A stretch of 64,000 bases of DNA. It comes from Planctomycetota bacterium. GTDB taxonomy: Bacteria; Planctomycetota; UBA1135; UBA2386. How positions within the stretch are numbered: the first letter of the stretch is position 1; each line of letters starts with the position of its first letter. The notes beneath the pieces are model-generated. The model was not told the origin of the DNA, ran no database searches, and saw only the letters and a program-made list of their open reading frames with translations. Positions 18,392 through 28,098 of the stretch are shown here, in pieces. A program made the translations under genes and the position numbers. The stretch covers positions 5,056,001 to 5,120,000 of the forward strand of contig OZ245838.1 in NCBI GenBank assembly GCA_965228735.1. The letters are read 5' to 3'.

Positions 18392-19468
18392 TTACTGCAG
18401 GACCGAGTGGATCGAGTTGGTTACCCGCGGCGTTCGCGGGGTCAGCCAATCGAGCCCCGCCGTATAGATGTCGAGGCCGACGAGCGCCGGCACGTGCGGC
18501 ATCGGCAGCACGAGGGTCCGGAGCGGGTCGTGGCCGATCGTGGGCATCTCGAGGAACGCGAGCGTGACCGCGGTCGCGAGGTCGATCTGGACGAGGCCGA
18601 ACGGGGTCGCGGTCGGGCCGGGGTCGAACGACGCGGCGAGCGTGACCCCGTCACCGCGCGGGGCGGCGACTCCGAGGCCCCAGGTCGCGCCATGGATCGG
18701 CGGTTGCACCTCGGCGAGGAACGGCAGCCGCAGGATCAGCGGTGCGGGTTGCACGGTGCCGAGGACCTGCGGCGGTTGTTCGTAGGCGTCGAGCCGGATG
18801 ATGCCGGGTGCGAAATCGATCGCTGCCACGAGGCCGCCGGTGTGGATCGTGAGCACGCCGCGGGCCCGCAGCAGGATCGAGCCGGCCGAGCCGTTGCCCG
18901 AACCGAGGAAGCCGGCCCCACCGTTGGCGAGCACCGATCCGCCGGCCCGGACGTCGAGGTCGCCTTCGCAGTCGATCACGATCGTGCCGCCGCCACCGCC
19001 GCCCGCGAACGTGCCGGTCGCCGGGCAGGAGAACTGCATCGGCGCGTGCGTCGTCATGCTGCCCCCCGGGCTGCCGCCCGCGAGATCGAACGGCAAGGGT
19101 GAGCCGTAGACGCCGGCGTGCTGCCCGTCGGTCGCCGGCGCGAACCAGCCGAAGCCGCAGCCTGGCCCTGCCATCGCGGTCGAGCCGTTCGTGCCCGCGC
19201 CGGTCGAGACGTGGCCGGGCCCGCCGTGCAGCGTCGTCCCGCTCACGGTCAACGTGCCGCGGACGTCGGCATCGCCGAGGCAGTAGATCTGCACCGGGTA
19301 GTCGCCGACGAAGTACACCGTCACACCCGTCGGGACAGCGATCGACGAGAAGTACAGAACGCCCTGCGTCGGGTTCACATCGATCGTGGTCGTGCTCGTC
19401 GGGGCCAGCGGGCCTTGGGCCGCGAGTGTGGTTGCGAGCGCCAGGGCGACGACATGGGTTGGGTGCAC
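18392..19468 (-). CDS. Secreted glycine-rich protein with shared C-terminal domain
   Basis: Signal ending LAAQ; GGGGGGTIVI and ANGG motifs. Confidence 0.75.
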   Translation of the reverse strand: MHPTHVVALALATTLAAQGPLAPTSTTTIDVNPTQGVLYFSSIAVPTGVTVYFVGDYPVQIYCLGDADVRGTLTVSGTTLHGGPGHVSTGAGTNGSTAMAGPGCGFGWFAPATDGQHAGVYGSPLPFDLAGGSPGGSMTTHAPMQFSCPATGTFAGGGGGGTIVIDCEGDLDVRAGGSVLANGGAGFLGSGNGSAGSILLRARGVLTIHTGGLVAAIDFAPGIIRLDAYEQPPQVLGTVQPAPLILRLPFLAEVQPPIHGATWGLGVAAPRGDGVTLAASFDPGPTATPFGLVQIDLATAVTLAFLEMPTIGHDPLRTLVLPMPHVPALVGLDIYTAGLDWLTPRTPRVTNSIHSVLQ

Positions 19469-19569
19469 GTCGCCACTCTAGCGTTCTGGCCCGAGGTCTG
19501 CCGGATCGGCGCATCCGGCCGGATGTCGCGTGAGTCGCGGGTGGCGGATCGACTACGATTCGCATCGCG

Positions 19570-20523
19570 ATGACGGATGACGTCACCCAATGTTCTCCCG
19601 TGTTCCGCGTCGGCCTCGACGGCGCGGGCGGCCTCGTCGACGTCGATGACGGCGAGGGCCGCTGGACGCACTACCGGCTCGAGGAGGACAGCGCCGAGTG
19701 GCTCGCCCAAGAGCGGCGCATTCCGCAGCCGGTCGCCGAAGCGTTGCTGGTCGGCGACGCGCGACCGCGGGCGCTGACCGCCGAGGGCGGCCTGCTCGTC
19801 ATCCTGCGCGGCGTGAACTGCAACCCCGGGGCCGATCCCGAGGACATGGTGTCGATGCGCGCCTGGGTCGAGGCCGACCGCATCGTGACGGTCAGCCCGC
19901 GCCGGGTCTTCGCCGTCGAGGACGTGCACGACGTGCTGCAGGAAGGGTGTGGCCCGGTCGATCCCGGCGCGGTGCTCGTCGCGATCATGGACCGCCTCGT
20001 CGACCGCATGCGGCCGATCGTCGACGGCCTCGAGGAGACGGCCGACGACCTGCACGAACGACTCCTGCGCAACGGGCCGGACGACCTGCAGCGACCGCTC
20101 GGCGGGCTGCGGCATTCGATCGTTCTCCTGCGCCGGCACATGGCGCCGCAGCGTGACGCGCTCACGCAGATGTCGCGCAACCGGCCGAAGCAGTTCTCCG
20201 AGGCGTCGCTGCTCGAGCTGCTGCAGATCGCCGACCGGCAGATCCGCTACGTCGAGGACCTCGACTCCCTGCGCGAACGCGCGGGCGTGCTGCAGGACGA
20301 GGTCGAGACGACCGTCGCCAACCGGCTCAACTCCAACATGTATCTGCTGTCGATCGTGGCAGCCGTGTTCCTGCCGCTCGGCTTCCTGACGGGACTGCTC
20401 GGCATCAACGTCGGCGGCATGCCCGGCATGGAGAGCCCGTGGGCGTTCTGGGTCGTCTGCTCCCTGCTCTTCGGGATCACCGTCGCCGAGATCTGGTGGC
20501 TGCGGCGCCGGCGGATGTTTTGA
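19570..20523 (+). CDS. zntB: CorA-family zinc/divalent cation transporter
   Basis: ILRGVN...PEDMVSMR, FLPLGFLTGLLGINVGGMP, two C-terminal TM helices. Confidence 0.88.
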   Translation: MTDDVTQCSPVFRVGLDGAGGLVDVDDGEGRWTHYRLEEDSAEWLAQERRIPQPVAEALLVGDARPRALTAEGGLLVILRGVNCNPGADPEDMVSMRAWVEADRIVTVSPRRVFAVEDVHDVLQEGCGPVDPGAVLVAIMDRLVDRMRPIVDGLEETADDLHERLLRNGPDDLQRPLGGLRHSIVLLRRHMAPQRDALTQMSRNRPKQFSEASLLELLQIADRQIRYVEDLDSLRERAGVLQDEVETTVANRLNSNMYLLSIVAAVFLPLGFLTGLLGINVGGMPGMESPWAFWVVCSLLFGITVAEIWWLRRRRMF

Positions 20524-20551
20524 GCACGGTTCCTCGCGGAGCGAGGCGCTG

Positions 20552-23500
20552 TCAGGCTGACTCCGACGCCGACGAAGTCGGAGTCGCTTTCGACTGACTC
20601 TCCGCACCCGCCGTCCGCATCTCGACCGGCCCGAGCGTTCGCATGTGCACGTCGCGCTGCGGGAACGGGATCTCGATGTCGTGATCGCGGAACGCCTGGT
20701 CGATGGCTTCGTGAAGCTGGTCGACGAGCTGCATCCAGACGTCGCGCGACGCGATGAAGACGCGCAGCTCGAGGTCGAGCGAACTCTCGCCGAAGCGGCG
20801 GAAGATCGAACTCGGCGCGGGCTCGCTGAGGACGTGCTGGTTGGCCTTCGCGGCCTCCAGCAGCAGCTTGCGCGCGAGCTGGGTGTTCGAGCCGTAGGCG
20901 ACGCCGACGGGAATGACGACGCGCGTGATCGGGTCGGTCAAGGTCCAGTTGATGAGGCGCGAGGTGACGAACTCCTTGTTGGGCACGATCATCTCGCGAC
21001 GATCGAAGTCGACGATCGTCGTCGCGCGCATCCGGACCTGTTGCACGAAGCCGTCGACGTCGCCGACGGTCACGAGGTCACCGACGCGGATCGGGCGTTC
21101 GAACAGGATGATGATGCCTGACACGAAGTTGGCGAAGATCTCCTGCAGGCCGAAGCCGAGACCGACGGAGACCGCGGCGACGAGCCACTGCACCTTGCCC
21201 CAGTCGACCCCGATCGTCGAGAACGCGATCACGATGCCGACCATCGCGATGGCGTAGCGCACGAGCGTGGTGATCGCGGCGCGTTCGCCGGCGTGCGTCC
21301 GCAGGCGCTGCAGGATCGACAGTTCGAGCAGGCCCGGGATGTTTCGCGCCGCGGCGAACGTGATCAGCGCGACGAGGAGCGAGAGCAGCAGGTTGCCGAG
21401 CGTGATCGCCGATGGCGCGCTCGTGACCTCGCCGTTCGCGCCCGTCTGTTCGGCCGCGATCTCCCAGAGTTGGATGGAGTCGAGTCCGCGCAGGGCCGGC
21501 AGGGCATCGCTCCAGATGCTCCAGAGCGCGAAGGCGGCGAGGATCAGCAGCCCGCCGCTGAGCAGCTTGCGCCCCTGCTGATCGACTGCCGTCAGGCTCA
21601 CCGTCTCGGTCGGCAGCTGCGGCGCCTCGTTCGCCGCCTCGTTGCCGCCCTCCGCGGCCTTCGCCCTGGCTGCGGCGCGCAACGCCTCGGCCTTCGCCAG
21701 CGCCAGTCGACGCTTGGCCATGAGCATCCAGCGCAGGCCGATCTCGTAGACGATCAGGGTCAGTGCGAGCACGAGGATCGAGTCCTCGAGTCGGTGCAGC
21801 AGCTCGAGCGCGCTGAAGTGGTAGCCCGCGGCGGCGAGACCCGCGAGCGTCGTCGGGGCGAGCACGCCGATCGCGAAGTAGACCCGCCGACGGCCGAGCG
21901 GCGGCGGCGCGTTGCCCTTGGAGAACGCGCCCGTCCTCGGACTGAGGATGCGCGCGAGCCAGACGGCGGTGACGACCAGCACCGCGATGAGCACGAGGCG
22001 CTCGAGCATCGTACTCCACTTGGCGTTGCCGTGGCCGTTCAGGGTGTGCAGGACGAACGTGAGCGGCAGCACCGTCGGCAGGAACCACACCAGGCTGCGG
22101 CGCAGCAGCTTCGAGCGCGACGCCGGCCAGCGCAGGTGGCTCTCCGCGAGGCCGTGCGGTCGCACGACCTGGCGGAACAGCATCGCGCTCCAGAACACGG
22201 CCGCCGCGTGCACGAGCCCGGCGCTGATCGCGGTCGCGAAATCGCCGATGCCCGGCGTCGCCTGCAGTCGTGAACCGACGTGCCATGCCAGGAGCGGGAA
22301 GCCGCTGGCGACGATCACGGTGAGCACCGTCGTCCAGGCGGTCGGCGCGAAGCTCGTCGCGCGGCTGCTCGCGGCCTGTTCGCCGAACGCGGCGATGCGC
22401 CGGCGAGCGCTGCGGCTGGCGAGCATGAGGCCGATCGCCAGCAACGCGCCGATCGCGAACGGTCCGGGGCGGCGATCGAACGCCGTGACGAAGGCCGGCG
22501 GCAGTTCGGCCCAGTGGCGCGGATCGAGCAGCCAGGTCGTGGCTTCGGCGACGTGGGACCAGTTGGTCTCCCACACGGGTGCCGTGCTGCGGATCCACAG
22601 CACGCGTTCGTTGATGTACTCCGAGAAGACCTGCGCGATCTTCGCCAGGGTCGCTTCTTCGCTCGTGAGGTCGATGAGCGCCTTGCGGTAGTCGTCGAGG
22701 TCGACCTCGAAGCGCTTGAAGTAACCCTCCCGCTGCGAGAGCAGCGTCGAACCCTCGGCTTCGATGCGGGCGCGTTCGCTCGCGCGGATGTCGTTCGGCA
22801 ACCTCGCGACCGCCGCGTCGAAGATCTGCTGGCGCGTCTCCTCGAAGGCGCGGATCCGGTCCTGGAGCTCGAAGACCGCGATCTGCGCCTCGGCGACCTT
22901 CGGATAGCGTGCGTCGGCGCGTGCGAGCAGCCGGCGGGGGTTCGGCAGGAGGGCCTTCTCCTGGCGCAACTGCAGCCCGATCACGTCCGTCAGCCCGTAG
23001 CCGCTGATCTTGTCGACCCGGTCCTTGATGGCCGCGAACCGCTTCTCGAGCTGGTCGAGGCGCTTGGTCGTGCGCGTGTGATCGCTCTTGACCCGATCGA
23101 GTTCCGCAATCCAGCCATCCCGTTCCGCGGTCAGGTCTTCGTTGGCTTTCGCGAGCTCGGTCCAGACGCGGTGGGCCTTGTCGGCCTGTTCCGACGCCTC
23201 CTTCGAGTCCTCGGCGGCCTTGTCGCGGCGCCGTTTCTGGGTCGCCTCGTCGAGGATGGTGACCCGTTCGGCCGCGTGTTCGGCGACTCTCGTCAGCCAC
23301 TCGATCTCGGCCGCGATCAGGGGGCGCTCGGCTTCGAGTCGCCGTCTTCGGGCCTCGAGTTCGGTGACCCTGGCCTCGAGCGCCGCGATCTCGGCCGCTC
23401 GATTCAGCTGCCTCGCCTGGGTCAGGCTGCTCGGCTCCCCCTCGACGGTGGGCAGCACCTTGGCGTCGGCTCGGGCTGCGGCCTCGGTTGCCGCGGCGAT

Positions 23501-23959
23501 CTGCTCGGGAAGGCTCGTGAGCTGGGCCGCGCGCCCCTGCTGGTCGTTGCGTTTGCTCTCGAGCGCGGCGGCGGCCTTCGTGCTCTCGGCCTGGGCGCTC
23601 TGGAGCTGCTCCTGGAGCTGCGCGAGCTCGACCGACGTGAGCTCGGCTGGCTTGGGCAAGGCCGGCAGCTCCTCCTCGAGTCGGGCCCGTGCCGCCGCGG
23701 TCTTGTCCGATGCGGCCTCCGTCGCTTCGTTCGCCGTCGTGACGTTCTGGCGCGAGGTCTCGGCTGCCTTCGCGAACGCGATCGCGGCGTCGTAGGCCTG
23801 CTTGGCCTTGGCCTTGTTGTCCTCGCCGAGTTCGGCCGACTGGGCTGCGGCGGCCTGCCGCTGGGTCAGGGCCTCGACGGACAGCGCCGCTTGCTCCTGG
23901 GCCATGAGCGGCGCGAGGAGACCGGAGAGGAGCAGGCCGCAGAGGACGAAGAGCCGCAT
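20552..23959 (-). CDS. mscK: Large MscS-family mechanosensitive channel (MscK/KefA-like)
   Basis: Signal peptide, long coiled coil, multi-TM region, GLGFGLQEIFANFVSGIIILFERP, IPFPQRDVH. Confidence 0.92.
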   Translation of the reverse strand: MRLFVLCGLLLSGLLAPLMAQEQAALSVEALTQRQAAAAQSAELGEDNKAKAKQAYDAAIAFAKAAETSRQNVTTANEATEAASDKTAAARARLEEELPALPKPAELTSVELAQLQEQLQSAQAESTKAAAALESKRNDQQGRAAQLTSLPEQIAAATEAAARADAKVLPTVEGEPSSLTQARQLNRAAEIAALEARVTELEARRRRLEAERPLIAAEIEWLTRVAEHAAERVTILDEATQKRRRDKAAEDSKEASEQADKAHRVWTELAKANEDLTAERDGWIAELDRVKSDHTRTTKRLDQLEKRFAAIKDRVDKISGYGLTDVIGLQLRQEKALLPNPRRLLARADARYPKVAEAQIAVFELQDRIRAFEETRQQIFDAAVARLPNDIRASERARIEAEGSTLLSQREGYFKRFEVDLDDYRKALIDLTSEEATLAKIAQVFSEYINERVLWIRSTAPVWETNWSHVAEATTWLLDPRHWAELPPAFVTAFDRRPGPFAIGALLAIGLMLASRSARRRIAAFGEQAASSRATSFAPTAWTTVLTVIVASGFPLLAWHVGSRLQATPGIGDFATAISAGLVHAAAVFWSAMLFRQVVRPHGLAESHLRWPASRSKLLRRSLVWFLPTVLPLTFVLHTLNGHGNAKWSTMLERLVLIAVLVVTAVWLARILSPRTGAFSKGNAPPPLGRRRVYFAIGVLAPTTLAGLAAAGYHFSALELLHRLEDSILVLALTLIVYEIGLRWMLMAKRRLALAKAEALRAAARAKAAEGGNEAANEAPQLPTETVSLTAVDQQGRKLLSGGLLILAAFALWSIWSDALPALRGLDSIQLWEIAAEQTGANGEVTSAPSAITLGNLLLSLLVALITFAAARNIPGLLELSILQRLRTHAGERAAITTLVRYAIAMVGIVIAFSTIGVDWGKVQWLVAAVSVGLGFGLQEIFANFVSGIIILFERPIRVGDLVTVGDVDGFVQQVRMRATTIVDFDRREMIVPNKEFVTSRLINWTLTDPITRVVIPVGVAYGSNTQLARKLLLEAAKANQHVLSEPAPSSIFRRFGESSLDLELRVFIASRDVWMQLVDQLHEAIDQAFRDHDIEIPFPQRDVHMRTLGPVEMRTAGAESQSKATPTSSASESA

Positions 23960-24063
23960 CGGACCGACCATCATCCACGCCGATCTGCGATCTTCCACCC
24001 GCGAAGCAGCGAACCCTTCGTTCGCGCAAGCGTCGAGCTTGGGCGTGCCTTCGCGGACCGCGT

Positions 24064-25527
24064 ATGGTCGCCGACCCCATGCCGAACCCGTTTCGCGGAA
24101 TCTCCAAGGTGCAGGCCGTTCGCAGCCTCGCGGTCGTGCTGCTCGCCGCGCTCGCCACGAACGTGGCCGTTCGGGCACAGGGCGATGGGCGGCGCCCCAA
24201 CATCGTCTACATCCTGCTCGACGATGCCGGCTGGGGTGACCTCGGTTGCTACGGCCAGCGGCGGCTGGCGACGCCGCACATGGATCGCCTCGCGCGCGAG
24301 GGCATGCGATTCACGCAGCACTACTCTGGCAGCACGGTCTGCGCGCCGACGCGCAGCGTGCTCATGACGGGACAGCACACCGGGCACACGCCCGTGCGCG
24401 GCAACGCCAAGGCAGCCGCCGCGCCCGAGCGCGTGTTCCCGATCGGCGGTGACGTGGTCACCGTCGCTGCGCTGCTGCACGCGGCCGGCTACGCGACGGG
24501 TGCGTTCGGCAAGTGGGGGCTCGGCGGCCCGGGCAGCGACAGCGACGCACTCGCGCTCGGCTTCGACCACTTCGCGGGGTTCTACAGTCAGGCGTTCGCG
24601 CACGACTTCTACCCGCGCTGGCTGTGGCGCGACGGCGAGAAGATCGCGACTGACCGCGCGGTCTACGCCCACGACTTCTACTTCGATGCCGCGCTCGAGT
24701 TCGTGCGCGGCAGCAAGGACCGACCGTTCTTCTGCTACGTGCCGGTGACGATCCCGCACGCCGCGATGCAGGCGCCGGAGGAGTATCACGACCGCTTCCG
24801 CGAGCAGTACCCGCAGTTCGACGACAAGGTCGGTCGCTACGGCGGCGACAGTCGCCGCAGCGAAGTGCAGAACCCGATCGCCGGGTTCGCAGCGATGATG
24901 ACGAAGCTCGACGACGACGTCGGCAGGCTGCTCGCGTTGCTCGTCGAGCTCGGGCTCGACGACGACACGATCGTCATGCTGTCGTCGGACAACGGCCCGC
25001 ACGGTGAAGGCGGCCACGACCCGAAGTTCTGGGACAGCAACGGCCCGTTGCGCGGCAAGAAGCGCGATCTCTACGACGGCGGGATTCGGGTGCCGCTGCT
25101 CGCGCGCTGGCCGGGCCGCATCGCGCCGGGGACGGTGTCGGAGCACATCAGTGCGCACTGGGACATGCTGCCGACATGGTGCGAGATCGCCGGCGTCGCG
25201 GTGCCGGACGAGCTCGCGGTCGACGGCATCTCGATGGTTCCCGAACTCACCGGCGAGGGCGTGCAGCGCGCGCACGGCTATCTCTACTGGGAGTTCTACG
25301 AGGGCAGCGGCAAGCGCGCGTTGCGCCTCGGCCAGTGGAAGGTCGTGCAGAACGGACTGCACGAGCACGAGGACCCGCCGATCGAGCTCTACGACATCAC
25401 GCGCGATCCGGGCGAAGCGACCGACGTCGCGGGCGAACACCCGGACGTGATCGCGCGAGCCCGCAAGCTGTTCGCGGCAGCGACGACACCGAGCCCGACC
25501 TGGCGCTTCCGCCACGGCCAGAAGTGA
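24064..25527 (+). CDS. Arylsulfatase (Cys-type formylglycine sulfatase)
   Basis: PNIVYILLDD, CAPTRSVLMTG, GKWGLG, SSDNG. Confidence 0.95.
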   Translation: MVADPMPNPFRGISKVQAVRSLAVVLLAALATNVAVRAQGDGRRPNIVYILLDDAGWGDLGCYGQRRLATPHMDRLAREGMRFTQHYSGSTVCAPTRSVLMTGQHTGHTPVRGNAKAAAAPERVFPIGGDVVTVAALLHAAGYATGAFGKWGLGGPGSDSDALALGFDHFAGFYSQAFAHDFYPRWLWRDGEKIATDRAVYAHDFYFDAALEFVRGSKDRPFFCYVPVTIPHAAMQAPEEYHDRFREQYPQFDDKVGRYGGDSRRSEVQNPIAGFAAMMTKLDDDVGRLLALLVELGLDDDTIVMLSSDNGPHGEGGHDPKFWDSNGPLRGKKRDLYDGGIRVPLLARWPGRIAPGTVSEHISAHWDMLPTWCEIAGVAVPDELAVDGISMVPELTGEGVQRAHGYLYWEFYEGSGKRALRLGQWKVVQNGLHEHEDPPIELYDITRDPGEATDVAGEHPDVIARARKLFAAATTPSPTWRFRHGQK

Positions 25528-25626
25528 CCCGTACGGAACCTGGTTCATGCTGCCGGCCGCGGGTGCGTTGTCTCGCCGGCGGCGGTTTCGGCGGCCGGCA
25601 GCATGAACCAGGTTCCGTACGGGTCA
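25525..25626. repeat. MITE/REP-like element with perfect 36-bp inverted repeats
   Basis: 25525-25560 is the exact reverse complement of 25591-25626; 30-bp spacer. Confidence 0.85.
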
Positions 25627-27858
25627 GTTGCCCTTCTTCTTGCGCTTGCGCTTGCGGGAGCGGCCGGCGCTGCTGTCGCCGTGGCTCGACGGCAGCTTCG
25701 ACTTCTGCAGCAGGGCGATCTGGCTGCGCAGTGGGGCTTCGCCCTCTTGCGGCTCGATGCGTTCGTAGGTGCCGTCGTGGAGCACGCGGCGCGCCTTCTG
25801 GTTGTCGCGCAGCGACACTTCCAGCACCTCGCTGCGCACGCGCGCCTTGAGCTCGGGGTCGAGAATCGGGAACGCGACTTCGACGCGGCGGTCCAGGTTG
25901 CGGATCATCCAGTCGGCCGATGAAAGGTAGACGAGCGGGTCGCCGGCGTTCTCGAAGCAGTAGATGCGGCTGTGTTCGAGGAAGCGGTCGACGATCGCCA
26001 CGACCTTGATGTTCTCGCTGAGCCCCGGGACACCGGGCCGCAGGCAACAGACGCTGCGCACGCAGAGCTCGATCTGCACGCCGGCCTGCGACGCTTCGTA
26101 GAGCGCGGTGATCACCTGCGGGTCGGCGAGGTTGTTGATCTTGGCGCGGATGCCGGCCGGCTTGCCGGCCTTGTGGTTCTTGATCTCCGCCTGGATGAGG
26201 GCGAGCGTCTTGTCACGCAGCGCGAACGGCGCCACGAGCAGGTGCTCCATGTGCGGCACGCGCGTGTGTCCCGTGATCATGTTGAAGGTCTCCGCGACCT
26301 CCTCGCCGATCTCGGGGTGCGCCGTAAGGAGGCCCGCGTCGGTGTAGAGCCGCGCGGTCGTCGGGTTGTAGTTGCCGGTGCCGAGGTGGCAGTAGCGCCG
26401 GAAGCCCTCGTCCTCGCGGCGGACGACGAGCGTGCACTTGGCGTGCGTCTTGAGGCCGACGATGCCGTACACGACGTGCACACCGGCCTTCTCCATGCGC
26501 CGCGCCCAGAGGATGTTGGCCTCCTCGTCGAACCGCGCCTTGAGCTCGATGATCGCGGTGACCTGCTTGCGTTGCTGTGCCGCCTCGATCAGGGCCTCGA
26601 CCATCGGGCTCTTGCTGCCCGCGCGGTAGATCGTCTGCTTGATGGCCATCACGCGCGGGTCGTGCGCGGCGAACTTGACGAAGTCCTCGACCGTCGCGAA
26701 CGAGTCGTACGGGTGGTGCAGCAGCACGTCGCCCTCGCGCAGGTCGGCGAACATCTCGCTCGCGCTGCCCCATCGCCACGCGCGGCGCGGCTTGGCCGGC
26801 TTGTCCTTGAGCAGCGGCAGGTCGAGCCGGTCGTACAGCTCCATGATGCGGCCGAGGTTGACCGGGCCGTCACAGAGATAGACGTCGTCGGGCTCGAGCG
26901 TGAACGCCTTGATGAAGCGGTCGATGACGTCCGGGTGCGCGCCCTGGTCGATCTCGAGGCGCACGGGTTCGCCGCGGCGCCGCTTGACGAGCTCCTTCTC
27001 GATCGAGCTCATCAGGTCGGTCGACTGGAACTCGTCGACGTCGATGTTGCTGTCGCGCGTGACGCGGAACGTCGTCACGTGCAGCACGTCGAGGCCGGGG
27101 AACAGCTCCTTGAGATTGTCGCGGACGATCTCGGCCGTGAAGACGTGCACGCTCTTGCCGTCGAGCTCGGGCACGCGCTGGATGCGCGGCAACGTGCGCG
27201 GCACCTGCACGACGGCCATGCGTGGGGTGCGGCGCGAGTGCCGCGGGTCGAGCAGCAGGATCGCGACGTTGAGCGACTTGTTGAGCAGGACCGGGAACGG
27301 GTGCGCCGGGTCGACCGCGAGCGGCGTGAGGATCGGGTAGATCTCCGCCTTGAACTGCTGGTCGATCCACTTCTGCTGCTTGCTGGTGAGCTGGTCGATC
27401 GCCTCGAACTCGATGCCTTCCTTGGCGAGTTCGGGCAGCAGCTCGTCGCGCCACGCCTTGTGCATCTCGACGCTGAACGCATGCGCGTCCTTGCGGATGC
27501 GGTCGAGCTCTTCCTGCGGCTTGAGGCCGTCGGGGTTCTCGCCGACGAGACCGGCTTCGACGAGCTCCATGACGCCGGCGACGCGGATCTCGAAGAACTC
27601 GTCGAGGTTGGTGCTCGAGATCGCCAGGAACTTGACGCGTTCGAGCAACGGGTTGGTCGGGTCGCGCGCCTCCTCGAGGACGCGCCGGTTGAACTGCAGC
27701 CACGACTGCTCGCGATTGACGAACAGCTCGGCCCGGTCGGCTTTCGTCACGTCGGGGCCGATGCTCTGCGCGGCCGGCGGGGGCTCCTGACCGGGCTTGC
27801 GGTCGCCGAAGTCGTCGTCGGCGAGGCGGTGAGTCGGGAATCCTGGTGAGTCGGTCAT
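25624..27858 (-). CDS. ppk1: Polyphosphate kinase 1
   Basis: NREQSWLQFNRRVL, HPFP, LHHPYDSF, ELKARFDE, GTGNYN, RFLEHSR, SADWMIRNLDRRVE. Confidence 0.97.
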   Translation of the reverse strand: MTDSPGFPTHRLADDDFGDRKPGQEPPPAAQSIGPDVTKADRAELFVNREQSWLQFNRRVLEEARDPTNPLLERVKFLAISSTNLDEFFEIRVAGVMELVEAGLVGENPDGLKPQEELDRIRKDAHAFSVEMHKAWRDELLPELAKEGIEFEAIDQLTSKQQKWIDQQFKAEIYPILTPLAVDPAHPFPVLLNKSLNVAILLLDPRHSRRTPRMAVVQVPRTLPRIQRVPELDGKSVHVFTAEIVRDNLKELFPGLDVLHVTTFRVTRDSNIDVDEFQSTDLMSSIEKELVKRRRGEPVRLEIDQGAHPDVIDRFIKAFTLEPDDVYLCDGPVNLGRIMELYDRLDLPLLKDKPAKPRRAWRWGSASEMFADLREGDVLLHHPYDSFATVEDFVKFAAHDPRVMAIKQTIYRAGSKSPMVEALIEAAQQRKQVTAIIELKARFDEEANILWARRMEKAGVHVVYGIVGLKTHAKCTLVVRREDEGFRRYCHLGTGNYNPTTARLYTDAGLLTAHPEIGEEVAETFNMITGHTRVPHMEHLLVAPFALRDKTLALIQAEIKNHKAGKPAGIRAKINNLADPQVITALYEASQAGVQIELCVRSVCCLRPGVPGLSENIKVVAIVDRFLEHSRIYCFENAGDPLVYLSSADWMIRNLDRRVEVAFPILDPELKARVRSEVLEVSLRDNQKARRVLHDGTYERIEPQEGEAPLRSQIALLQKSKLPSSHGDSSAGRSRKRKRKKKGN

Positions 27859-28098
27859 CGGCGAGTGCGGCCCCACACTCTAGGGCAGCACATGGTGAAC
27901 TCGCCCGGGGACCGCCCGGACGGGTGAGAATCTTCCGTGAAGATCGTCGCCCGGCGTGTCCCAGCCTGAGCCTCCCGGGGCCGAGACGTTCAGCGGCGCT
28001 CCCGGCGCGGCCGATTCGAGGCGGCGAGAGGGTGGCCGCCAGACGCCTGAAATCGAGATTGCGGCCGGGCTGCCCCAGCGACACGAGGAGGGCCAGAC

